From the IMG/VR virus record IMGVR_UViG_3300037258_000374, positions 10,805-74,804 of that record: a stretch of 64,000 nt of DNA; one strand, 5' to 3'. Positions 20,169 to 29,108 of this stretch are shown here, in pieces. The stretch is from a virus. The translations under genes and the position numbers were made by a program. The notes under the pieces were generated by a model. The model saw nothing but the letters and a program-made list of their open reading frames with translations, was not told the origin of the DNA and searched no databases. Every line of letters starts with the position of its first letter. Positions within the stretch are counted from its first letter, which is position 1.

Positions 20169-20659
20169 CGTTCAAGAGCGGTCGCCGGCCGATCGAAATC
20201 GTTTCGAATCGTCAACCTCACAAGCTCGCGATCATCGCGCTCGTGGTCACGACCAAGCCAGGCGATATCATCCACGATCCAGAGATCGATCGCGCAACGA
20301 ACTCCACGCTACAGGTCTGGAGCAGCGCCATGCAGTCTGCTCGGCGCGTGCTCGCCGTGGAGCACGGCATCGAGCTCAAGCGCGAGACGAAGCTCGGATA
20401 TCGGCATCTCAAACCGGAAGAGAAGCCTGGCGCGGCAGATCGTCAAATGAACCGCGCGCGCAACCGCGTGAAGACCGCGAAGCGAATCGTCGATTCGATG
20501 ACACAGGGCCAGTTTGACGAGCTGACGCCAGCCAATCAGTCGGTGCACGTCCAGACCCGCGCGCGCGTGCTCTTGACGCATGACATGATGTCGCCCAAGC
20601 GTCAGCGCGAGATCGCGGTCGCGGCGAACTCGAAGGAGAGGCCGATGCTGCCCAAGTAG
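20165..20659 (+). CDS. Basic 164-aa protein coupled to the Cas7-like gene
   Basis: ATGA overlap with the Cas7-like stop; MTFKSGRRPIEIV...; wHTH-like first half (SARRVLAVEHGIELKRETKLGYR) followed by a helical half. Confidence 0.65.
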   Translation: MTFKSGRRPIEIVSNRQPHKLAIIALVVTTKPGDIIHDPEIDRATNSTLQVWSSAMQSARRVLAVEHGIELKRETKLGYRHLKPEEKPGAADRQMNRARNRVKTAKRIVDSMTQGQFDELTPANQSVHVQTRARVLLTHDMMSPKRQREIAVAANSKERPMLPK

Positions 20660-20670
20660 AATCGACGATG

Positions 20671-20811
20671 CGCAGCGCTTCGCCTCGCATCGCGTCGCTC
20701 CACAACGCACTGCAGAGCCCGCAAGGGTCACCAACGATTTCATCGCCACGCGGCGCGTCGCTCCGCATCGCGGCGCATCGCAACGCATCACAGAGCCCGC
20801 AAGGGTCACCA
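20671..20811 (+). ncRNA. Putative guide-like RNA units 2 and 3: (CGC-NN)x9 and x10, each plus hairpin
   Basis: Unit 2, 20671-20733: NN = AG TT CT AT GT TC AA AC AG. Unit 3, 20744-20811: NN = CA GG GT TC AT GG AT AA AT AG. Both end in the identical CAGAGCCCGCAAGGGTCACCA. Confidence 0.65.
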
Positions 20812-20847
20812 CGCAGCCGACGCCGACAATGAAGTATCGTCGGCGTC

Positions 20848-21294
20848 ATGAAACCGCCCGAAGAGCTGGTCGCAGCGTTCCGCGCGCTCGTCGACAAGGC
20901 GAGCGAAGGGATAGCGATGCTGCTGGTCGACAATGGATTCGACGCCGCGACGATGCGCGTGCTCGCGGCGTGGCCGCATCTCGAGCATGGGTGGGAGCAG
21001 CCGAAGCGGCCGTGCCCGAGCTCGATGCCCACGCCTGCCGCATGGCGCTGGCTTGTCAGCGGACACCGATACGAGGCGCAGCAACTCGCCGACGCCGCCG
21101 GCGTAACGATTGCGATCGCACGCGCGAAGGCCACGATGCTGCTCGGCGCTCGGCTCGCGCTGCCGGACGGGACGATCACGTCCAGCGCGAGCGCCGCTCT
21201 CGCAGCGCATGCACGGCGCGCGCTGGGGCTCAAGTCGAAGGCCAAGGACAAGCAGTCGCGCGGTCGAATCGCTAGCGATGACGATGCGAACTGA
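20848..21294 (+). CDS. Hypothetical protein
   Basis: 148 aa; TATCGT -10 lies 7 nt upstream of the ATG. Confidence 0.55.
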   Translation: MKPPEELVAAFRALVDKASEGIAMLLVDNGFDAATMRVLAAWPHLEHGWEQPKRPCPSSMPTPAAWRWLVSGHRYEAQQLADAAGVTIAIARAKATMLLGARLALPDGTITSSASAALAAHARRALGLKSKAKDKQSRGRIASDDDAN

Positions 21295-21670
21295 GGCACG
21301 ATGCCGATCGATGCCGTGTCCGCACAGCACGCGTCCCGATGCAGATCCGAAGTCGTGTTCGCTTTGCATCGGCGCAGTCGCGCGACCTGTGTGCCGCGAT
21401 CCGATCACCGGCCTCTTCACGATCGACGGGAAGCTAGTCACCACGCGCGCGTTTCAGCCACCGACCGCATCACGCTACGCTCAGGTACTGAAGCGGCGCC
21501 GAAGCGCTGGCGAAGATCCAGACGAGTAGTTGCGTTCGCGATCCGCTCCGGACTATCGGATGCACGGGATGCGTGAACGTCAGCGGCGGATGGACCAGCT
21601 GATCGGTGAGCTCGTGGCGATGAGGCTCCGAGTCGACGAGATGTCAGCTGCCCGTGATAGGGTTCGCAGC

Positions 21671-21871
21671 ATGGAAAACAAACCGACCATCGGGCGCATC
21701 GTGCACTTCCTCCACAGCGATGGAGGCAAGCGCGCCGCTATCATCACCGCCGTCCACAACGACGAGTGCGTGAACCTCGCGGTCTTCCCGCCGAGCGGTC
21801 CTTCGTACAGCGAGACCAGCGTGCTGATGGGCGCCGACGCTGGGCGCTGGTGCTGGCCGACGCGCATCTGA
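21671..21871 (+). CDS. Small conserved phage protein
   Basis: KPTIGRIVHF...AAIITAV...VNLAVF...WCWP; leaderless -10 TAGGGT. Confidence 0.65.
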   Translation: MENKPTIGRIVHFLHSDGGKRAAIITAVHNDECVNLAVFPPSGPSYSETSVLMGADAGRWCWPTRI

Positions 21872-22271
21872 GGATTGCCCCGGTACGCGACACAGCCAAG
21901 CTGCTGTACGAGGCGTACATCGCCAACAGCGAGGGCCTGAACTACCAGGGCTTGCCGTGTCCGCAGTGGGATGACCTGACGCCAGCGGTGCGCTCGCATT
22001 GGTGCGCGTCCGCGATCGCCGCGACCACCGGTCAGCCAGTGATCAGCCTACGCGCGCAGGGTGTCGACTGCGGGATGTGCGAAGACAACGTGCCGCACAT
22101 CCACGTCCACCAAGCTACGCCAGCGCAGCTCGTGCTCGCGCTCGGCGAGGCTTCCACGGCCCATCGCCAGCTCGTGCTCGACAACATGGCGCTCAAGCGA
22201 AAGGTCCAGCACTGGAGGCAGCGCGCCGCTCAGCATGGCTGCAACATCGATGGCGGCGACGCGGACTGCGG

Positions 22272-23015
22272 ATGATCGCGTACCTGAGCCACACGCTCGG
22301 CAGCTCGAACGGCATCGATTCCGTTCGCCGACAGGACAACATCGCGAACGCGATCTCGTGGCTCGACTTCCTCGTGATGCACACGACCTGGGCGATCACG
22401 TTGCCGTGGCTGCCGTTCGTCATGACCGAGCACGGCGCGCGAGAGGTGCATCGGCCGCGCGGTTTCGCGGACCAGATTCGCATCCTGCAACGATGCGATG
22501 CGATCGTGCTGGTCGGCGGCATTATCAGCCCACACATGAACCACGAGATCGACATCGCTCGTCGAGGCCACATCGCCATCGTCGACCTGAGCGATCTTGG
22601 ACGGCATCCGCCGGACAGCGAGGTTACGGACAATGCGTTCCGAGCGCTGCTAGCCGATCGCGCCCCGCGCTGCGCTCGCCGAGCGTGCCAGCGCGCAGTA
22701 GGTGTTCGCGCGGGGCGCCGCGCCCGTGTTAGCCTGCTCGGCATGCCGACCAACGACGAGACCAAGAAGCCGGACGTGGCCGGGAACGCCCCGGGCACGT
22801 CGCCGGAGACCAGGAAGCCGGACGTGGTAGCCGCGAGCGCGAAGGCGGTCGAGCCATCCAGGGCCGAGGCCGCGAAGCCGGCCGCGCCGGTGGCGCGCGT
22901 GATGCGCACGGACACGCCAGCGCGCCCTTCGATGAAGGCGGCCGCGCCCAAGAAGGGCGGCAGCAAGCCGCCGTGGAAGGGCGGCCACTGGAGGCACTTC
23001 CACCCCTGGAAGTAG
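22272..23015 (+). CDS. Nucleoside 2-deoxyribosyltransferase-like (DUF4406-like) domain reading through into a separate low-complexity ORF (ATG 22743)
   Basis: IAYLSH, ILQRCDAIVLVGGIISPHMNHEIDIA; the second part has its own TGT-TAGCCT-N7-ATG. Confidence 0.5.
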   Translation: MIAYLSHTLGSSNGIDSVRRQDNIANAISWLDFLVMHTTWAITLPWLPFVMTEHGAREVHRPRGFADQIRILQRCDAIVLVGGIISPHMNHEIDIARRGHIAIVDLSDLGRHPPDSEVTDNAFRALLADRAPRCARRACQRAVGVRAGRRARVSLLGMPTNDETKKPDVAGNAPGTSPETRKPDVVAASAKAVEPSRAEAAKPAAPVARVMRTDTPARPSMKAAAPKKGGSKPPWKGGHWRHFHPWK

Positions 23016-23059
23016 CGCCGCGGCGCTGATCGTCAGAGCGGCGCAGTAGGGTCGCTCGC

Positions 23060-23677
23060 ATGTCACACGCGAAACATGCAGAGCAGATCTACGGCGCTGT
23101 GGAGCCGGGCTCGATCGAGCCGCCCGCGCCGATTCCATTTCGACCAGCGGGCGACCGCATCGTGGTCAAGCAGAACGCGCTCGACCCGATGACGGTCGGC
23201 GGCGTGATCAAACGACCAGACCGCGAGTCGGACTGGACCGCGTTTGGTGTCGTGGTCGCTGTCGGGCCCGGCGAACGCAACAAGCTCGGCGAGCGCATCC
23301 CGCTCACGCTCAAGGTCGGCGATCAGGTCGTGTACGACTTCCGCCGCGGGCGCGAGGAGCGCGAGGTGCAGCACATCTGCGGTCCTCGGATGGTGATCCT
23401 GCACGAGCACGAGGTCGCAGCCGTGATCGACGCCGATGACACGTGCGAGCATCCTGCGCTCACGCGGTGCACGAGCTGCGCGACGGTGATCTGCAGCGAC
23501 TGCATCGAGCCCGTGCTCGAGCATCGGTTCGCGAGCAGCTACATGCGCGAGAGCGGCGCGACGTGCATGCCATGTCGTGTCGCGACCGAGGATGTCGACG
23601 ACACCAACAGGTTCAAGCGCGAATCCGATTGGACCGCGCGGGACGCGGCCGGCGTGCCGGATGGCGGTCCGGCGTGA
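23060..23677 (+). CDS. GroES/Cpn10-like co-chaperonin with C-terminal Cys-rich extension
   Basis: FRPAGDRIVVK, TVGGVI, GVVVAVGPG, LKVGDQVVY, ILHEHEVAAVID. Confidence 0.8.
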   Translation: MSHAKHAEQIYGAVEPGSIEPPAPIPFRPAGDRIVVKQNALDPMTVGGVIKRPDRESDWTAFGVVVAVGPGERNKLGERIPLTLKVGDQVVYDFRRGREEREVQHICGPRMVILHEHEVAAVIDADDTCEHPALTRCTSCATVICSDCIEPVLEHRFASSYMRESGATCMPCRVATEDVDDTNRFKRESDWTARDAAGVPDGGPA

Positions 23678-24797
23678 TGTCGTCATCGCTGATTGGCCGC
23701 ATCGCGTGGTTCATCGGTGCTGAACTCGAGCACGAGCAAATCGGCCAGATCGTTGCGGTCAATTTTCGCGAGGTCGGCGCCGAGCTGCTCGTGTTGCTTG
23801 GCAACGGACGCCTTCAGGTGTGGCCGACCGATCGGGTAGAAATCAACAAGCCCGTGGAGAAGCCGTACGAGCGACCACCGCCAACGAGCATGCCTGGCTC
23901 CGACAAGAGCATAAAATGAACGGCTACCAGACCCCGGACGGGACCCGTTACGTCATCGGGCCCGGCGGTGATCCGGTGCGCGCGCGGTTCCACATGATCC
24001 TCGGGATGACGTGGATCGGATGGCTGAACTTCTGCGTGCTGCAGTGGTTCGGCGTGCGCCTGATCTACACCGTGCGCGACGATGGAGGCATGCGTGTCAA
24101 AGGCGCTCGGCTGCGGTGGCCGATGACGCGCTGGCACATGACGTGGGACCTCGCGGGCATCGTGCCGCTGATGTTCAGCTTGCCGGTGCTCGTGATCGCC
24201 GCGCTGGTATGGTGGTGGGCATGCAGTATGTGATCGCCATCATCGGATTCGTTACGATCGTCTCGCTTGCGGTGTTCGCGGTCGTCCACCGCAAGCCGAG
24301 CGTGATGCACGCGCCGACTCCGATGCACTGCCCGGATGCCCTGGACAGGTCAATGGAGTGCGTGGGCGACGACCAGCGCGTGTACATCTGCGTGAAGGAG
24401 TACGGCGACGAGCAGCTCGACATCTTCTGCGCGGTGCGCACGCCGTGAAGGTCGGTAAGTTGCCCGAGTCGCTGCCAGCGGTGCGGACGCGAGCGCTCAC
24501 GTTCGACGACCTCGACGACCTGCTCCGGCAGATCCGCGAGTCGGTGAAGGCGCCCGAGCCGTGGCCTCGAGCGCCGAGACCGGTGCAGCGATGAAGCGCC
24601 TGCTCCTGCTCCGCATACTCGTGCACCTCGTGATGCGTGCGCGCTCGTACGCGATGCAGGCAGCGATGGACCTATGCGCCCGAGGCGAGCCCGTACCCGA
24701 GTTTTTGCTGCTGTACGAGCGGGCGCTCGACTACCTGCTGACCCCCGAGTCGGCGGTGTACGGCCGGGGCGCACAGCCAACGCGCGAAGGCCGATAG
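23677..24797 (+). other. Run of small hypothetical ORFs, two with predicted TM segments
   Basis: Approximately 23677-23919, 23916-24233, 24221-24448, 24445-24594 and 24591-24797. Confidence 0.5.
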
Positions 24798-25058
24798 CCC
24801 GCACGTCGGAGCCGGAGCCGACCCCGAGGCCGAGCCCGCGTTCGACCTCGACCTCCGGCGCTGTCCGTGCGGGTCGACTATCGGGGTGCCCGTCGTCGCA
24901 TGATCCCGCTGTGCTCGATCGATGGCCCTTGAAGGGCGGAGAGCAGGCAGATCCTCGTCACGACCCGCGGTAGCTACTCTGAGCGTGTGGCGTTATGCCC
25001 GTCAAGTCCGGAGTGGTTTCGGCGCCACGAATCCGGAACAGACCCCATCCGTAGCGTC

Positions 25059-25124
25059 GTCACGCGATGTCACGCGATGTCACGCGATGTCACGCGATGT
25101 CACGCGACGTCACGCGACGTCACG
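25059..25124 (+). repeat. Intergenic 10-bp tandem repeat (GTCACGCGAY) with 7 GTCACG cores
   Basis: GTCACG at 25059, 25069, 25079, 25089, 25099, 25109 and 25119. Confidence 0.9.
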
Positions 25125-25252
25125 CCCGTTCCGAACAGGGCTGCGTCCGGCCTCCGCGCTGCTGCGTCGGTCCTGACCTCGCTCCGTAAGTTCGCGATTC
25201 CTCGTTCGTGGTAGGGTCAGGATATCCGGACCAAGCCGGGTCAGCCGTGTCG

Positions 25253-25702
25253 ATGACCTCGAAGCCCCACAAGCCGCCTAGTGCTCGAACGCTGCGCGCG
25301 ATGGAGCTGATGCGGCAGATGCGCCGGTCGGAGGCGGTGCGCGAGCAGATGGCGCAGTGGAAGATCGGCCGCACGCAGGCGCAAGAGGACATGAAGGCGG
25401 CGGAGCTGTTGCTCGCGGCCGAGCTCGTCGAGAAGCTGCCGGCCTACCGCGCCGTGAGCATCAATCGCCTGGAGCGGTTGCTGGACAAGGCCGAGGACAT
25501 CGGCGACCTGCGCGCGGCTGCGCTGCTCCAGCGCGAGATCACGCGCATCTCCGGCATCGCGGCTCCGCAGGAGATCAAGCACAGCGGCGCGATCGACACG
25601 CGGCCTAGCGAGCAGAGCTACGCCGACCTCGAGCAGCCCGAGCTCGACCTGCTGGCCAAGATCGGCGCGATCCCTGCGCCGGCGAGCACGACCGAGCACT
25701 GA
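25253..25702 (+). CDS. Probable terminase small subunit
   Basis: N-terminal HTH-like region, helical middle, C-terminal GIAAPQEIKHSG..YADL...ELD typical of TerS; first gene of the late region. Confidence 0.65.
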   Translation: MTSKPHKPPSARTLRAMELMRQMRRSEAVREQMAQWKIGRTQAQEDMKAAELLLAAELVEKLPAYRAVSINRLERLLDKAEDIGDLRAAALLQREITRISGIAAPQEIKHSGAIDTRPSEQSYADLEQPELDLLAKIGAIPAPASTTEH

Positions 25703-25731
25703 AGTCAGCCCCGCGTTGTAGGGTCGCGATC

Positions 25732-26733
25732 ATGAAGACCCAGCACAACGACATCCCGGCCAAGGCGAAGGTCAACTTCGACCTCGCGCTCGTGAAGCTC
25801 TACAGCGGCAGCCACGGCAACGACATCCCGAGCGGTCCAGACGACTGCGCGGTGTGCTTCAACGAGCTCGTCTCGCTGTTGCCCGGTGGTCATTCGAAGC
25901 CCGAGATGACGGACCGCCCGGACAGCGAATGTCCGGCTCTCAACGAGTTCACGATCTGGCTGAATGATCGCTGGTCCGACGAGGACCGCCAGAAGCTGAT
26001 CCAGTTCGCCAACCTCGTGATCGGGACGCGTGGCTCGGACGCGTTGACGAAGGCGCGCCGCGAGTTCCTCGCCGATGGCTCGCTCAAGATCTTCGCCCAG
26101 TTCTTCCGCGAGCTGCCCGGCGCGCCCCAGAACGACGTAGCCGACCGCATCGCGAACCTGCCGTTCAACGATCGCGCGGCGCTACTCCGCATCTTGTACG
26201 ATCAGACGAACGAGGCCATCCGCGTGTCACTGCCCAAGCTGCTCCGCGAGCTCGCGCACAAGCCTCGTCCCGACATCGCTGTGCGGCTCGAAGCGCTCGC
26301 GCCGATCATCGACCTCAATACCGCGCGCCTCGCGCGAGATCTTGTTTGGCGTATCAGGGACGAGAACGGTTGGTACGGCTGGACGTGGCGATCGCTGATC
26401 AGGAAGGCGGTCGAGGCGGTCGAGGCGGGCGCGGCGGGCGCGGCGGTCGCGGCGGGCGCGGCGGTCGCGGCGGTCGCGGCGGTCGCGGCGGTCGCGGCGG
26501 TCGCGGCGGTCGAGGCGGGCGCGGCGGTCGAGGCGGTCGCGGCGGTCGCGGCGGTCGCGGCGGTCGCGGCGGTCGAGGCGGGCGCGGCGGTCGAGGCGGT
26601 CGCGGCGGTCGCGGCGGTCGAGGCGGTCGAGGAAGATCTTGCGCCGAAGTATCGCGAGCTGCAGCAGCGCACCGTCGAGCGCACGCTCGCGCTGTTCAAG
26701 GCGGCGATCGAAATCCAAGAGCCGCCCCAATGA
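25732..26733 (+). CDS. Hypothetical phage protein with Ala/Val-rich repeat
   Basis: N-terminal GSH...CFNELVS...DRP..CPAL..F.IWLND..SDEDRQKL..LVIGTRG; leaderless -10. Confidence 0.7.
   Translation: MKTQHNDIPAKAKVNFDLALVKLYSGSHGNDIPSGPDDCAVCFNELVSLLPGGHSKPEMTDRPDSECPALNEFTIWLNDRWSDEDRQKLIQFANLVIGTRGSDALTKARREFLADGSLKIFAQFFRELPGAPQNDVADRIANLPFNDRAALLRILYDQTNEAIRVSLPKLLRELAHKPRPDIAVRLEALAPIIDLNTARLARDLVWRIRDENGWYGWTWRSLIRKAVEAVEAGAAGAAVAAGAAVAAVAAVAAVAAVAAVEAGAAVEAVAAVAAVAAVAAVEAGAAVEAVAAVAAVEAVEEDLAPKYRELQQRTVERTLALFKAAIEIQEPPQ
26407..26631 (+). repeat. 9-bp coding tandem repeat (GCGGTCGCG/GCGGTCGAG/GCGGGCGCG) encoding AVA/AVE/AGA
   Basis: About 25 units seen directly. Confidence 0.9.
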
Positions 26734-27836
26734 CGCCAGGCGATGATGAAGCGATCGACAGCGACTTCTTCATCTCGACAATCCGCGAGCACCAACACTG
26801 GTGCGCGTGGCTCGTCATGTGGGGCTGCGTCGGCATTCGCTACGCGATGGGCGGCTGATCGATGACACGCGCCGAAGCCAGTTCGAATCTTTACGATGCG
26901 GCCTACAGAGTGATCGAGGCAGGCGACGACAAGCGACACCTTGATCGCGTCGCGCTCGCGTTCACTCTGGCTTACATGCAAGAGCGCGATGATCGATGAC
27001 GCCACGCTGCAGTGGATGGTGCGTAAGTTCGAGGAGGACGACGCGCTGTATCCCGAGGTCAGCGATGACTTGGCACCATGATCAGAAGCCCGGAGCGCGC
27101 TACCTGCGCTTCGAGCGCGATGGGGAGTTTCGCGAGCGCCTGCGCGTGATCGGCGCTCCGCACTACATGCTCGTCAGCAAGGCGCACGACACGCTGGACG
27201 AGTACGCATGGGACAGTCACCGCATGCAGCGGAGAATCGTCGAGGACGAAGCATGAGCAACGAAAAGCAGCCGACGTCATTCGATATACGAGGCCAGCTC
27301 GATGGGCTGACGCTCTCGCCGATCGTCGACGACGCTGGGAAGCTGATGTGCATCGACGCGACCTGCGATCGATTGCCCGGCCTGCGGCTCACCGTCCAGG
27401 CTGGTGCAGCCGAAGAATTGTGGACCGCGCTCGGCGCGCTGCTCGGCAAGGACAGCCTACTACCGCGATGACCAGGATCATCAAGGTCCATCTGCCAGGC
27501 GAGCTCGGCGACCCGACGCTGTGCAACCTGAAGTGTCGACGCTGGCTCCGCGGCGAGCTCGTAGCGACGTCGCCGACGATCGTCACGCGCCAGGAGTTCG
27601 ATCGGCTGCCAGAGCACGAGCGATGCGGGCGCTGCGTCTCGAAGACGAGGGCCGCGTGATGGTCTGGCCGCTCGCATCCTGGTGGCGGCTCGACGGCAGC
27701 GATCGCGGCGCGCAGCTGCTGTGGCTGACGTCGACGCGAGCGCGTCGAGTTCAAGTTCGCCGACGAGTCGCATCCGCGCCGGATGAGCGCGCGCGGGTTC
27801 CTAGTCAAGTTCAGGCGCGTATCGTAAGCTGGAGCG

Positions 27837-28136
27837 ATGATCGGCCGTCGCCTTCCGCTCGGGCAGTTCCCGCAGCAGCCCGGCGACTACATGGGACCGA
27901 TCGACGGCTACACTGGCGACAAGCCGGCGGTGTTCTTCTACAAGCCGAACGCGCGAGATCCTGGCGCGCCTGCAGTAACTCGAGCGATGCAGCACGTCGT
28001 CTCGCCTCCGCATCGGTTCCGCGAGTGCCCGGACGGCAGCTTAGAGATCCGCGAATCGCTCGGCGACATGCACAACGGCAAGAGCGACGGGTGGCACGGC
28101 TTCCTTGATGCCGGCCACCGCTGGCGCAAGGTCTAA
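27837..28136 (+). CDS. DUF6527-like small protein
   Basis: PDGSLEIRESL...GWHGFL..GHRWR. Confidence 0.5.
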   Translation: MIGRRLPLGQFPQQPGDYMGPIDGYTGDKPAVFFYKPNARDPGAPAVTRAMQHVVSPPHRFRECPDGSLEIRESLGDMHNGKSDGWHGFLDAGHRWRKV

Positions 28137-28213
28137 GCAATCAGTCCGCGACCGCGCGCGAGCTCGGCATCCCGCGCGGCCGGCTACGTCGCTGGCTCAA
28201 GAAGCGGCCGGAG

Positions 28214-28621
28214 CTACGAACCGCCAGGCTCGTTGACCAGCCGTGACGTCTTCGCGCGCGCGTTGATCATCGAGCGGCGCTCGGGATGCGCGAGCACCTC
28301 GGCGGCATCTCGAACGACATGCGGGTTGAAATGCTTCCAGCTGTCGCCGTGCCCAATGAGAACGTGACACTCGTGCTTGTCCATGCAGAGCGTGATCAGA
28401 TTGCGCTCGTCGAGCTCGAGCTCGGGATGCGAGTGGAACGGCTTCTCGTGGTGCACCTGTAGCTTCGTGCGTCCGCCACACGCCGCGCACGTCGGGTGCG
28501 CCTCGAGATGATGCTTCTCGACTGTCCGCCAGTGCGGCGAGCGCGTAATGCCGTCGCTCTTCTCGCGCTCGTGCTTGTTCGCCTGGTGGACGCGGATCAG
28601 ATGCCTGAGGAACGCGATCAT
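28214..28621 (-). CDS. HNH endonuclease
   Basis: RSPHWRTV..HPTCAACG..LQVHH..PELELDERNLITLC..CH; own leaderless -10 TAGCAT. Confidence 0.85.
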   Translation of the reverse strand: MIAFLRHLIRVHQANKHEREKSDGITRSPHWRTVEKHHLEAHPTCAACGGRTKLQVHHEKPFHSHPELELDERNLITLCMDKHECHVLIGHGDSWKHFNPHVVRDAAEVLAHPERRSMINARAKTSRLVNEPGGS

Positions 28622-28680
28622 GCCGCGATGCTACAGGGAGCGCGTGACCGTGAACAGCGGGCCGCGGTAGGCTCAGCCGC

Positions 28681-29076
28681 GTGATGGTTCACGTGCTGTG
28701 GTCGGAGCAGACCGGCCCCATCGTTTGCTACTGCGACAAGACGAAGGCTGAGAATCACCAGCGCACGATGCTCGGCGTCGAGCTCGCGATGTGCGCCGCC
28801 GACTTCGGTAGCGTCGCTGCAGGCAGAATGGTCAGCGTCGTGTGGTCGAAGACCAGCGGACCTATCGCTGCATTCGTCGAGGCCGCGTCGGCACACTCGG
28901 CCGCAATGCTCGTCGAGACGATGATGGTCAACTCGTGCGAGGTGCGCCGCGACTTGCCAGATATCGTCACCGATGACATCGCATCTGACTTCGACGGAGA
29001 CGACGACACGCCAGAGATCGCGAGCGACGAACACCACGAGATCGATGTGCGGATCGTGGATATCGACGACGCTTGA
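28681..29076 (+). CDS. Hypothetical protein with internal duplication and acidic tail
   Basis: MVHVLWSEQTGPI / MVSVVWSKTSGPI. Confidence 0.55.
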   Translation: MMVHVLWSEQTGPIVCYCDKTKAENHQRTMLGVELAMCAADFGSVAAGRMVSVVWSKTSGPIAAFVEAASAHSAAMLVETMMVNSCEVRRDLPDIVTDDIASDFDGDDDTPEIASDEHHEIDVRIVDIDDA

Positions 29077-29108
29077 CGCGGCGTGTTCCACGTGTTCGGC
29101 TTGCTGCC

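Noticed and set aside
20671-20811. CRISPR array (21-nt direct repeat CAGAGCCCGCAAGGGTCACCA twice)
   Set aside because: The intervening sequences are 5-nt periodic scaffolds, not unique spacers; only 2-3 copies and no adaptation or processing cas genes. Reported as a different kind of array.
25059-25124. Fourth guide-like pentamer unit
   Set aside because: Period is 10 with almost no variation and no terminal hairpin; it matches the replication iterons instead.
26202-27005. Long (GGR)n, (DRR)n and (TAA)n ORFs
   Set aside because: Shadow frames of the 9-bp repeat; only 25732-26733 has a promoter, a start and non-repetitive protein-like flanks.
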